Source: an uncultured virus (IMG/VR IMGVR_UViG_3300006204_000270) (taxonomy: Duplodnaviria > Heunggongvirae > Uroviricota > Caudoviricetes). Taken from it: a stretch of DNA of 64,000 nt. This document shows, in pieces, positions 29,022 through 37,336 of this stretch. The stretch lies in IMG/VR virus record IMGVR_UViG_3300006204_000270; one strand, 5' to 3'. The position numbers were made by a program, and so were the translations under genes. Each line of letters starts with the position of its first letter. Positions within the stretch are counted from its first letter, which is position 1. The notes beneath the pieces are model-generated. The model was not told the DNA's origin. It saw only the letters and a program-made list of their open reading frames with translations, and did no database searches.

Positions 29022-29371
29022 TCTCTTGTCTCCAAACTCAATGCAATCTCCCGCCCGTACAGCGTCATGGCTCCTCCGGGTGGTTTGCGGGGTGCATCAC
29101 TTCCCGCACCTGTCCCGGCGGCCATAGCGGTTTCTCATAGCTGCGTAACGGTTGCTCATGTAACAGGGGAGGCGGGTGCCGGGTCGCTCTGTTCTCCGGC
29201 CCCGCCCGCCAAAACTCCCCCGCCATGCAAGTAGCGTCCGGGCCTCCGTATCGGGCAGCGATTTTAGGTCTGTAACCCCGTTCGGGGCCAGTCGCCAAGG
29301 TGCAAGCTCTCCTTTAAGGTTTGGGGCGCGGTTTTCGCTTTCGCTACTAATTCTGGCCCCGGTCTTGTTTT

Positions 29372-29503
29372 CTTAAATCCCGGCGCGAACCCATTCGAGT
29401 AGTTGGCGTTGTTGTTGCTGTTGCTGCCGTCGGTATTGACGAGCCTGAAATTGTTCGTGTTCGTCGCATTGACGGAGCGGAGCCACCAATTGCAGGCGGT
29501 GCC
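29372..29503 (-). ncRNA. DGR template repeat (TR), 132 bp
   Basis: Intergenic copy of both VRs, with 12 AAY codons; all mismatches fall at TR adenines. Confidence 0.95.
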
Positions 29504-29527
29504 GTCAGAGCTTGCCCTACTGTGTGT

Positions 29528-29995
29528 TTACTGTTTCTGTGCCTCCGGCTTTTTGTGCCAGCCGTTCCAGCGCCTCTTGTCGCTGTCGGCTACTGCCCGG
29601 AGCTTTTTGAGCGCGTCGTTTCCTGCGGTCGTCCACCTCTGGAAAACCGCGTTGTAGTCCACCTTGCCCTCGAAAAAGTTGTTGCCCTCGTCCACCATCT
29701 CATAGCAGAATGTGATCTCTGCCAGCAGCGCCTCCGCGCTACTTATCGCTACTTTCATGTAGCGGTGCCGCAGCTCGAAGTCCCGCAGGCTCATTTCCTT
29801 GTGGACGTAGATCGCGTTCGCCTTGACTGCGTTGGTGTAGACCTCCCCCGCCAGAGCAAGCAAATTGTTTGTGATTATCCACCTGTAGCTTGTCGGGAAT
29901 TTCTTCACGGCCTGTATCGTTTCCACCCGCAGTTTCCGCGCCAGCGCCACAAATTCTGCTGCCGCGTCTTTTCTTCTGGATTTGTAAACCGACAC
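29528..29995 (-). CDS. avd: DGR accessory variability determinant (Avd-like)
   Basis: 155 aa helical protein (SVYKSRR...FPTSYRW...ANAIY) between target and TR; GTG start after AAGGAGG. Confidence 0.8.
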   Translation of the reverse strand: MSVYKSRRKDAAAEFVALARKLRVETIQAVKKFPTSYRWIITNNLLALAGEVYTNAVKANAIYVHKEMSLRDFELRHRYMKVAISSAEALLAEITFCYEMVDEGNNFFEGKVDYNAVFQRWTTAGNDALKKLRAVADSDKRRWNGWHKKPEAQKQ

Positions 29996-30037
29996 TTTTC
30001 CGCCCTCCTTTCCATTCTGCATTTCTGTCGTTCCGCT

Positions 30038-30059
30038 GGTGTGGACTTTCGTCCCCACC
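30038..30059 (-). promoter_or_regulatory. DGR hairpin downstream of VR1
   Basis: GGTGGGGAC-GAAA-GTCCACACC (one mismatch). Confidence 0.7.
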
Positions 30060-30085
30060 GCTCCACTTGGGTTTCTGATTTTTGA

Positions 30086-31915
30086 TTAGGCAACCTTAAA
30101 GCCCGGCGCGAACCCAAACGAGTAGTTGGCGCCGGTGCTGCCGCCGCTGCCGTCGGTACCGACGAGCCTGAAATTGCTCGCGGACGCCGCACGGACGGAG
30201 CGGAGCCACCAAAGGCAGGCGGTGCCCGTGTCGTTGTGCTTGTACCTTACGCGGCTGTTGCCGTTTTTGTAGTAGTCGTACTGCTTTTGGTAATTCTGCT
30301 CTGCGCTGTTTGCGTAGTAGCGGGTGCCGAATGCCTCGAACTCCGCAAGCAGCCAGATTTTGTCCTGCGTCGCCGTGACATAGCTGGCCGTGTTGTTGCC
30401 GCCGCCCGTGTTGTCGCTGTATTTGGTGCAGGAAACAATGGCGCTCCGCCAGTCTGCCGGGAGCGCATTAAGGAACTGCGGGCAAATCGTCTTGCGCATA
30501 TAGCTCCCGTTCCACCCGCCGCTGTTGGTATTTGTGGTGTTCATGCGGAATGCCGCAGAGCTGCCGCTGCTGTTGTAGCTGCCGTCCACAAAAGCAATGT
30601 CTTTCCCGGCGGAGTTTTTGCCGAACTGGAAGTGAATGCTGTTGCTGCCCTCCACGCTCGCATTGTGGTTAAAGCCGAGGATAATCGCATAGTAGGTGTC
30701 GTTGATCGCCAGCGAGCCGACCGTCCCGTTGACCTTAATGCCAATCTTGTCGCCCACGCTCCAAAGGTTCGCCGCCTGTCCGCTCTGGGCCGCCGCCTTG
30801 ATTTCTGCCGCCCCATTGTTTGCCAGTGTCCCGCTGGGCATACTCACCGTCACGCTCACCGTCTTGCTGGACGGCGCGGTGTGGTTCGTGCCTGCGGCCA
30901 CGTTGATGGTGACGGTGACGTTGCCTGTGGCTTTCCCGGTCACAGTAACGGTAGTGCCGGAGACGCTGACCGTAGCCGTCGCTGTGTTGCTGCTGCTGGC
31001 GGTGATCGCGCCGTCGCCCGCCCGCGTGACGGCCACCGTGCCTGTCTTTGTGGTGACGTTCAGCGACATCGAGGTCTTATTCAGCGAGAGGCTGCCCGCT
31101 GCCTTGCCAATGCTCCACGCCACTGTCTTTGCGCCCGTGCCGCCGTCGCTCCACTGGTGGTTCTTGTTCGGCGTGACCGTGGCGTTGTAGCTCCCAGCGT
31201 TGGTGCCGGAGGTCGTGCCGCCCAGCGTCATTTTCGCACTGTCGTAGTTGTTCAGCTGCGGGCTTTGGGCGCTCCCGCTATAGGTCAGGCTGCCTTTCTG
31301 TGTCGGGACGGCGAGGGTGGCCCGATTGATCTTCCACGTCACGCTCCTCGCGTCCCGTGTCCCGTCGTCCCATGTGTAGCCGATTTTCGGGGTAAAGGTC
31401 GCCGTATAGGTTCCTGCGTCTACGGCGGAGTAGTCCCCGCCAATCGAGAGCTTTTCCGCGTCATAGCCGTTCCATGTGGGGCTTTGGGCGCTCCCCGTAT
31501 AGGTGAGGCTCCCGCTCTGCGAGGGGACGGCGTTGATAATGCTCGTCAGCTTAGTTACCGCTTGGAGCGCTGCGTCCGCCGATGTCTGCGCGTTGCCCGC
31601 CGCCGTGACCGCCTCCTGTGCGGTAGATTTTGCGAGGTTCGCCGTCTCTGCGGCTGTGTTGGCCGTCCTGTTCGCCGTCGCCGCGAGGGTGGCCGCCCCC
31701 TGCGCTGTTTCCAGCGCCTCGTCCGCTGTCCCCTGTGCGCTCGTCGCGTCGCTCTGGGCCTTGTTCGCCGCCGCCAGCGCCGCCTCCGCCGTAGACTGTG
31801 CGCCGTCAGCGGTTTCCTGTGCTGCTTTTGCTGCGTCGCTGGCCGCTTGGATTTTCGCGTTGAGCTGTTCCTCGTCCCCGGCTCCGCCAGGGGTGTTCAC
31901 TGTTCCCCATGCCAT
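30086..31915 (-). CDS. Tail fibre/receptor-binding protein, DGR target 1
   Basis: Ala-rich heptad stalk, repeated VP(S/T)Q.GSLTY.GSAQSP modules, Ig-like segment, C-terminal WWLRS...GFAPGF domain containing VR1. Confidence 0.9.
   Translation of the reverse strand: MAWGTVNTPGGAGDEEQLNAKIQAASDAAKAAQETADGAQSTAEAALAAANKAQSDATSAQGTADEALETAQGAATLAATANRTANTAAETANLAKSTAQEAVTAAGNAQTSADAALQAVTKLTSIINAVPSQSGSLTYTGSAQSPTWNGYDAEKLSIGGDYSAVDAGTYTATFTPKIGYTWDDGTRDARSVTWKINRATLAVPTQKGSLTYSGSAQSPQLNNYDSAKMTLGGTTSGTNAGSYNATVTPNKNHQWSDGGTGAKTVAWSIGKAAGSLSLNKTSMSLNVTTKTGTVAVTRAGDGAITASSSNTATATVSVSGTTVTVTGKATGNVTVTINVAAGTNHTAPSSKTVSVTVSMPSGTLANNGAAEIKAAAQSGQAANLWSVGDKIGIKVNGTVGSLAINDTYYAIILGFNHNASVEGSNSIHFQFGKNSAGKDIAFVDGSYNSSGSSAAFRMNTTNTNSGGWNGSYMRKTICPQFLNALPADWRSAIVSCTKYSDNTGGGNNTASYVTATQDKIWLLAEFEAFGTRYYANSAEQNYQKQYDYYKNGNSRVRYKHNDTGTACLWWLRSVRAASASNFRLVGTDGSGGSTGANYSFGFAPGFKVA
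30095..30226 (-). repeat. Variable repeat VR1
   Basis: 132-bp match to TR with 21 mismatches, all at TR adenines. Confidence 0.95.
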
Positions 31916-31919
31916 CTGT

Positions 31920-32801
31920 TTATTCCTCCTCTGCGCTGTTTGGCGTAATATGCACGTTCACCCCGCTCTCCGCGCTGGGCCGCACGTTAAGCAGGGTGAG
32001 ACTTGCCTTGATTTCCGAGGCCGGGGCTTTTTTCGCGTAGAGCCGCACCGCCCCGGCCATGCTCTTGCAGCTCGTATAAAGTCCACAGCTCCGGGCCGTG
32101 TCCGCGTGTATCGGCCAGATCGCCAACTGCGGCACCGTCTCCTCCGTAGCCTCAAGCACAGGAATGTCGATGTGCAGGCCCGGCGGCTCCTCGTTTGGCG
32201 TGATGTCGCCCTCCGGCGGCTCCTCTCTGCTCTCGCCGTCCGGCTCAAGAGCCTCTTGGTTGTTTTCCCAGCCTGTCGCCGGAATGGTGATCTCCTTTGT
32301 GAGTGTGGAGGCGGCGATAAGCTGCTCAACCGCCTTGTAGGTCATAACCGCCTCCGGGTCGATGGTGGCCGTCACCCGGTCGATCTCGTCCACCGCCGCA
32401 ATCAGGTCAAAAGTCGCCAGTTTGCCGACCGCTGCGCTGGCCGGGCGAATGCGCTCCGGCTCCTCCTCAAGCACGAGATAGGTGTACGGCACCTCTCCCT
32501 CGTCCGGGTCTGCGGCGTAGAGCAAAATGCCCGTAGCGTAAAAGCCCTCCGCCACGTCCGAGCTGTTGATTTGCACCGAAACCTGACATTCCCCGTCCAC
32601 CGGGTTCCCCACCGCCGAGATTTTCGCGTCCATGACGTACCCCGCAGGCTCCGTCATGCTCTTGGGGGTCATACCCTCCGGGATAGAGCCTTTGCCGACG
32701 GCTGCCCGCGTATAGTGCATTTTGCACCGCCCGGCCAGCACCTTTGCTATTAGCGCCCGCCCTGCTGTCGAGCTATAGCTCCCATCTTCAAATTTAGGCA
32801 T
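31920..32801 (-). CDS. Baseplate/tail fibre attachment protein
   Basis: GRALIAK...GILLYAADPDEGEV; lies after the baseplate genes. Confidence 0.7.
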   Translation of the reverse strand: MPKFEDGSYSSTAGRALIAKVLAGRCKMHYTRAAVGKGSIPEGMTPKSMTEPAGYVMDAKISAVGNPVDGECQVSVQINSSDVAEGFYATGILLYAADPDEGEVPYTYLVLEEEPERIRPASAAVGKLATFDLIAAVDEIDRVTATIDPEAVMTYKAVEQLIAASTLTKEITIPATGWENNQEALEPDGESREEPPEGDITPNEEPPGLHIDIPVLEATEETVPQLAIWPIHADTARSCGLYTSCKSMAGAVRLYAKKAPASEIKASLTLLNVRPSAESGVNVHITPNSAEEE

Positions 32802-33528
32802 TTCCGCTTTCCTCCTTTATCAGCTTTGATTTTATTTTCGTCTGGAAGAACACCCCTCCTGCGCCGCTCCTGCGGCCCGTAGAGGCCCGCCTTACGCCGG
32901 GCGGCTCTCCGTTAAGGGTAGGCGTTAAATAGCCACTGTGCGCCACGAGGAGCGCCCTGCGGACGGTTCGCGGCTCTGCCACGAATTGTCCCGTCTGCTG
33001 CGTCCCAATCGCCCCGCCGTAGCCTACCCGGAGCTGCTGGCGGAACGTCCGCTTTGTCCGCACCTGCATACCAATCGCAAGGTGCGCCGGGACACGGCGA
33101 TAAAGGGTGTCCAGCAGGTTCGCCTCCCCGAACACCTCCCCCTCGATGGTGATGTAGATTACCCCCAGCTTGAAGTCAATCCCCACCGCGCCGCCCGTGT
33201 AGTTGGCTATGATCTCCCGTATCTCCTGCTCCCCGATGTGGCCGTTTCCGCACAGCCTCCCAATGACGACGCGCTTTCTCTGGTCGAGCGTAAGCTGCTC
33301 CGCGTAGGTGATGTGGAGTATTCCCTCCCATTCCTTGACCGTCTCCGCGTCCGCCGTCAGGATAAAGCTGTTGAGGAAAACCCTCTCCACCCCGGCCTCA
33401 AGCCCGTCTGCCACCCTGCCGAACGCCTTGAGGATTTCCACCATCTCGAAAACGTCCCGGTAAAACCGTGGGTAGTACGTCAACAGCTCCTCGTAGCTGC
33501 CCGTGTAGTACCTGTTGTAGAATTTCAC
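32794..33528 (-). CDS. Baseplate protein (XkdU/DUF2313-like)
   Basis: WEGILHI...RRVPAHL; synteny. Confidence 0.75.
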   Translation of the reverse strand: MKFYNRYYTGSYEELLTYYPRFYRDVFEMVEILKAFGRVADGLEAGVERVFLNSFILTADAETVKEWEGILHITYAEQLTLDQRKRVVIGRLCGNGHIGEQEIREIIANYTGGAVGIDFKLGVIYITIEGEVFGEANLLDTLYRRVPAHLAIGMQVRTKRTFRQQLRVGYGGAIGTQQTGQFVAEPRTVRRALLVAHSGYLTPTLNGEPPGVRRASTGRRSGAGGVFFQTKIKSKLIKEESGNA

Positions 33529-34640
33529 GCGATTTCCACCCCCCGCAGCACTGGCACGTCCTCCTCTCCGGGGGTGATGTTGTGGGTGTCGCCGTTGAGC
33601 CGCAGGTCGCTGTAGTCCACGAGGCTTTCCATCTGGCTCAAAATCGCACCGACGGCGGAAACGCGGACGACGACACTCTCGCCCTCTCCTGCGTCCAGTA
33701 CAAGCTCCTTGAGGTATCTCTCAATCGCCTCTGCCGCCTCCTCCTGAGCGGCCTGTTTGGTGGCCCCGCTCGCCAGCTCCGCGCCGAACGTGACCGTGAT
33801 TTCCAGCGCCTCCGCGCCGACCGCCGTAAAGTGCGCTCCGATGTTTGCCACCCCGTTTCCGAGGCCGTCCCCCACGGTGTATGTCTTGCCCTCTACCGTG
33901 GCCGTGAGGCCCTTTCCCGCCGGGTCGATATACTCCTGCACCTCTGCCACCTTTGCGGCCCCGCAGGGCTTTCCTACCGGGTCAATCAGCACTCCCTTGA
34001 CCGTGTTCGGCCCGTTCCATAGCGGGATAATCCGCGCCCGGCCCACGCCGTCCCTGCTCTCGCACCATGTCTTGTAGTGCTGCCTGTTTCCGTTCTCTGC
34101 TGGCCCGGCGATTTTCTCAAATACCCGGTTGCGCAGGCTCGCGTCGTCCTCGTCGTTGCTCCCGTTCTCGTAGATCGCCCCAAACGTCGCCGCCACAAGG
34201 CCGTCTATGTTGTTCACCGGGACTGCCGGGGTGCCTGCGTAGATGTCGTTCCCGTCCTCTCCGGCGGCCTCCGCCTCAAAGTAGTAAACCCCCGTCCCGG
34301 CCTCCACCTTGAGCGTGAAATAGGCTCCATCGTAGTAAAAGCGCTCGCCCGCCTGCGGCGTGGTGCCGTCGAACTCCGCCCGGTACTTTGCTTTTGTCGC
34401 CGCCAGCCGCGTCACGCCGTACTCGCTGGCCTTTGTGTCCAGCGCCTCCCCCGTGGCCGTCGCCAGCCGTGTCATTTCCGAAACAACATCAAGGTCGGTG
34501 TATAGCTTTGCTACCTTGAGCAGCACACCAGAAACAGCGTCGAAAAAGATACTGCCCTGCCGGGTGTCGATTTCCTCCGGCGCATTGTTCAGCACCTCCT
34601 CCAAAAGCCTCTCGTATGTGTAGCCCTCGAACATTCTCAA
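33525..34640 (-). CDS. Baseplate J-like protein (XkdT-like)
   Basis: DTRQGSIFFDA, TATGEALD, GNRQHYKTW, PLWNGPNTVK. Confidence 0.9.
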   Translation of the reverse strand: MRMFEGYTYERLLEEVLNNAPEEIDTRQGSIFFDAVSGVLLKVAKLYTDLDVVSEMTRLATATGEALDTKASEYGVTRLAATKAKYRAEFDGTTPQAGERFYYDGAYFTLKVEAGTGVYYFEAEAAGEDGNDIYAGTPAVPVNNIDGLVAATFGAIYENGSNDEDDASLRNRVFEKIAGPAENGNRQHYKTWCESRDGVGRARIIPLWNGPNTVKGVLIDPVGKPCGAAKVAEVQEYIDPAGKGLTATVEGKTYTVGDGLGNGVANIGAHFTAVGAEALEITVTFGAELASGATKQAAQEEAAEAIERYLKELVLDAGEGESVVVRVSAVGAILSQMESLVDYSDLRLNGDTHNITPGEEDVPVLRGVEIA

Positions 34641-35044
34641 ATCACCTCCTCAATCTCTGTTGCCCCGAAAACCGTGTCCGCCGAAAAAGAAACACGCGCC
34701 CCGTCCCCCTCAAACTTCATCTTGAAATTTGAGATAGACAGTATGCGCGTGTCCGGGCGCAGCGCGTCCTTGACAAAGCCCTCCAACGTGGCCTCGCTAT
34801 AGTCTCTGGTTGCGTCCTTTGCCGTGACTGCGGCCTCCGCCTCGTTTCCGTACTGATGGTCGTAAATCAAGCACTTAAAACGCGGCGTGATGATCGCCTT
34901 GCGTATCGCTTGGTCTACCGCTGCAAGGCCGTCCACCTTTCCGACAATCCTGCCCTTTTCAAGGTCAAGGCGGTATGTCCTTGACGGCAGCTCCGCCGCC
35001 TCTGTGATGGTCTCAACCGGGATAGGGATAAACGTCTCTGCCAT
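34637..35044 (-). CDS. Baseplate wedge protein (XkdS/DUF2634-like)
   Basis: VDGLAAVDQAI.KAI.TPRF..LIY...YG; start MAETFIP. Confidence 0.8.
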   Translation of the reverse strand: MAETFIPIPVETITEAAELPSRTYRLDLEKGRIVGKVDGLAAVDQAIRKAIITPRFKCLIYDHQYGNEAEAAVTAKDATRDYSEATLEGFVKDALRPDTRILSISNFKMKFEGDGARVSFSADTVFGATEIEEVI

Positions 35045-35046
35045 CG

Positions 35047-35421
35047 TCACACCACCCTCCCCAGCACAAAGTATTGCTTTCCGTGGTTGAGGGCGAGCAG
35101 GTGGACGCGCTCCCCGGTTTTCAGCCCATTGTGTACCCGTATCGCCTTTCGCCCCTCGATAGGGTGCGCGTGGGAGGCGAATGCGGGGTAGCCGCTGCCG
35201 CCGCTGACCGCCTCTGTCTGCCAGTGTACCGTGACCTCTGTGTCGTAGTCCGTGAGGTGCCTCGGCACGATAACATTCCCCGGCCCAACCGTCAGCTTGT
35301 CGTCGTTCACCGCTTGGATTTTGAGGGGGCTGGTGGATTTCACAACCCCCTGTATCACCTGCATCCCGTCTCCGGCCAGCCCTTGAAAAAGCCCCTTGAT
35401 ACTGGTTTCCTCTCCTGCCAT
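35047..35421 (-). CDS. Tail spike-region protein (XkdR/DUF2577-like)
   Basis: G.V.STSPLKI...HAH...NGLKTGERV. Confidence 0.75.
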   Translation of the reverse strand: MAGEETSIKGLFQGLAGDGMQVIQGVVKSTSPLKIQAVNDDKLTVGPGNVIVPRHLTDYDTEVTVHWQTEAVSGGSGYPAFASHAHPIEGRKAIRVHNGLKTGERVHLLALNHGKQYFVLGRVV

Positions 35422-35436
35422 CTCTCCCGCCTCCTT

Positions 35437-36651
35437 TTAGCTGAATGAGCCGTCGTCCACCCACCCATACACCCAAGAGCTGCTGTCCGTGTGTATCAGG
35501 TGCCACGGGTGCTTTGCGCCTTTGGCGACGAGCGTTATCTTTGCCGGGCCTGCTTTCGGGTTGCCTGCGGCCTTGCCCGCCGTGCTGCTGACGTAATGCG
35601 GCCCGCCCTTGAATTGCACCACGTCCCCGACCTTGTACTCTTTGCCGCCCGTGTCCTCGCCCTTTTTCTCTTTGGCGAGGTCGTTTGCGTAGTTGAGCTT
35701 GAGCGACATAATGTGCTTGCCGTCCTCGAATGAGTGCGTGTCCTCGTCCACATAGAACGTCCGCGCCAGCCCCAGCTCCGGGATAATGATGTAAACCCCT
35801 ATCCCGGAAATGACCTCTGGAATGCCGATGGCCTCCAAGCTCAACGACCGCTCCGGCGTACTCTTTTCGTCCAGTATGCTTGCCACAAGGTCGTTCACCT
35901 GCGCCGCCGTCAGGCTTTCGTCCGGCTGGTCGATCTCTTGGAAAATCCCGATCTTCTTTTCCAGCTCCGCCTTGCTCTTTTCCGCGAGGGTCGTCCCCTC
36001 CTTGGAAATCATCTTCACGCGGGTCTTGATGTCCTCAATGCTCCTGCTGTAGGTGTAGCCGGTGAGGTTCTGGCCCACCTCAATCACCCACTGTAGAATG
36101 TTCTCCCGCCGCGTCAGGAGACTTATTTTGCCCTTGTCGCTGGCTACATAGTGCCGTATGCCCGTCGCGTCGAAGTCGAGGCTTAGAGCGTCCGCAATCG
36201 CGTCGAATGCCGTGGTCTTTGGCTTTGTCAGCTCCGGGATTTTATAACTGCACTGCGCCACCTCTCCCATCGGGAGGTTAAACCGGGTGCAGCAGTCCCG
36301 GAACACGTCGCTGGCCGTCTTATTCTCATAGGTGAACGTGTCCTTGTTGTTTGCCAGATAAATCCCATTGTCATAGGCCGTAAAGGTGAGCTTTTTCTTG
36401 TCGCTCTGCGTCTGCGCCATGATAATGCCCCGGAAAAGCTCTGTCCCATTGTAGCTGAAAATGCACTGATGTCCCTGCTCCACGTCGATTTCGCTCCGGG
36501 CGTGTTTGTACCCGTCGTCGTCAATCAGCGTCACCGCCAGCGTCCGGGCGGAGGAGCCTTTCCGGCCCCTCCACTTGACTTTCTCCACGAGCTGGGAAAC
36601 ATCGTACCCCTGCTCTCCCTTTAGGATAATCAGGCTTATCCCCTCCGCCAT
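35437..36651 (-). CDS. Baseplate hub (XkdQ-like) with C-terminal SH3-like domain
   Basis: AYDNGIYLANNKD; synteny. Confidence 0.8.
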   Translation of the reverse strand: MAEGISLIILKGEQGYDVSQLVEKVKWRGRKGSSARTLAVTLIDDDGYKHARSEIDVEQGHQCIFSYNGTELFRGIIMAQTQSDKKKLTFTAYDNGIYLANNKDTFTYENKTASDVFRDCCTRFNLPMGEVAQCSYKIPELTKPKTTAFDAIADALSLDFDATGIRHYVASDKGKISLLTRRENILQWVIEVGQNLTGYTYSRSIEDIKTRVKMISKEGTTLAEKSKAELEKKIGIFQEIDQPDESLTAAQVNDLVASILDEKSTPERSLSLEAIGIPEVISGIGVYIIIPELGLARTFYVDEDTHSFEDGKHIMSLKLNYANDLAKEKKGEDTGGKEYKVGDVVQFKGGPHYVSSTAGKAAGNPKAGPAKITLVAKGAKHPWHLIHTDSSSWVYGWVDDGSFS

Positions 36652-36667
36652 CTCTCTCGCCTCCGCT

Positions 36668-37336
36668 CTATGGTATTTTCAGCACATCTCCGGCCCATAT
36701 CATGTTCGGGCCGCCCCGGTGCGCGTCGATTACCGCCTTGTTTGCCTCATAGATTTTCTTGTACTGCGAGCCGTCTCCGTAGAATTTCCTTGCAATATTC
36801 CATAGGCAATCTCCGCCTTTGACCGTGTAGGTCTTTGGCTGCACAGTGTTGTCCACCCGTGGCTCCTCTTTCTGTACACTGGCCGTGGCGCTCGGTATAT
36901 CCACCTTGACCTGCCGCACGGCGATCTCCCTGTACTCTTTCAGCGTGATACTGTACTGGTACGTTCCGGGGTCGCCGCCCTCCTCACTATAGTTGAAATC
37001 CTCAATGGCGACGTATAGGTCTACCCCGCAGGCCGTCGCAATGAAGTGTACGGGTTTCCTGCTCGCTTTCCATGTGTTGATTTTCTCCACCAGTGTAAGC
37101 GGCTTTGTGAGGCTGCTTACCTGCACCCCCGGAAATCTGGTGGCCGGGAAAAAGCTCGAAAAGGAAAATTGCAGGGCTGGGCGGCTCTGCATGATGATGA
37201 TCTCGCCCAGCCCTACGATGTCTACGCTGCTGTTGCTGCCGCCGTTTTTGGTCTGGAAAGAGGGCGGGAGGACGGGGAGCTGTATCTTCTCCTTTTCCGC
37301 GTTGAACGTCAGCCACATTTGGTATTTAGAAGTCAT
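36668..37336 (-). CDS. LysM-domain tail protein (XkdP-like)
   Basis: LPVLP...YSITLKEYR; YTVKGGDCLWNIA. Confidence 0.85.
   Translation of the reverse strand: MTSKYQMWLTFNAEKEKIQLPVLPPSFQTKNGGSNSSVDIVGLGEIIIMQSRPALQFSFSSFFPATRFPGVQVSSLTKPLTLVEKINTWKASRKPVHFIATACGVDLYVAIEDFNYSEEGGDPGTYQYSITLKEYREIAVRQVKVDIPSATASVQKEEPRVDNTVQPKTYTVKGGDCLWNIARKFYGDGSQYKKIYEANKAVIDAHRGGPNMIWAGDVLKIP

Noticed and set aside
29065..29298. 77-aa ORF between TR and RT
   Set aside because: No convincing RBS or motifs; lies in the expected non-coding DGR spacer
31250..31540. Duplicated segments in the tail fibre as additional VRs
   Set aside because: Ordinary protein domain repeats with no similarity to TR
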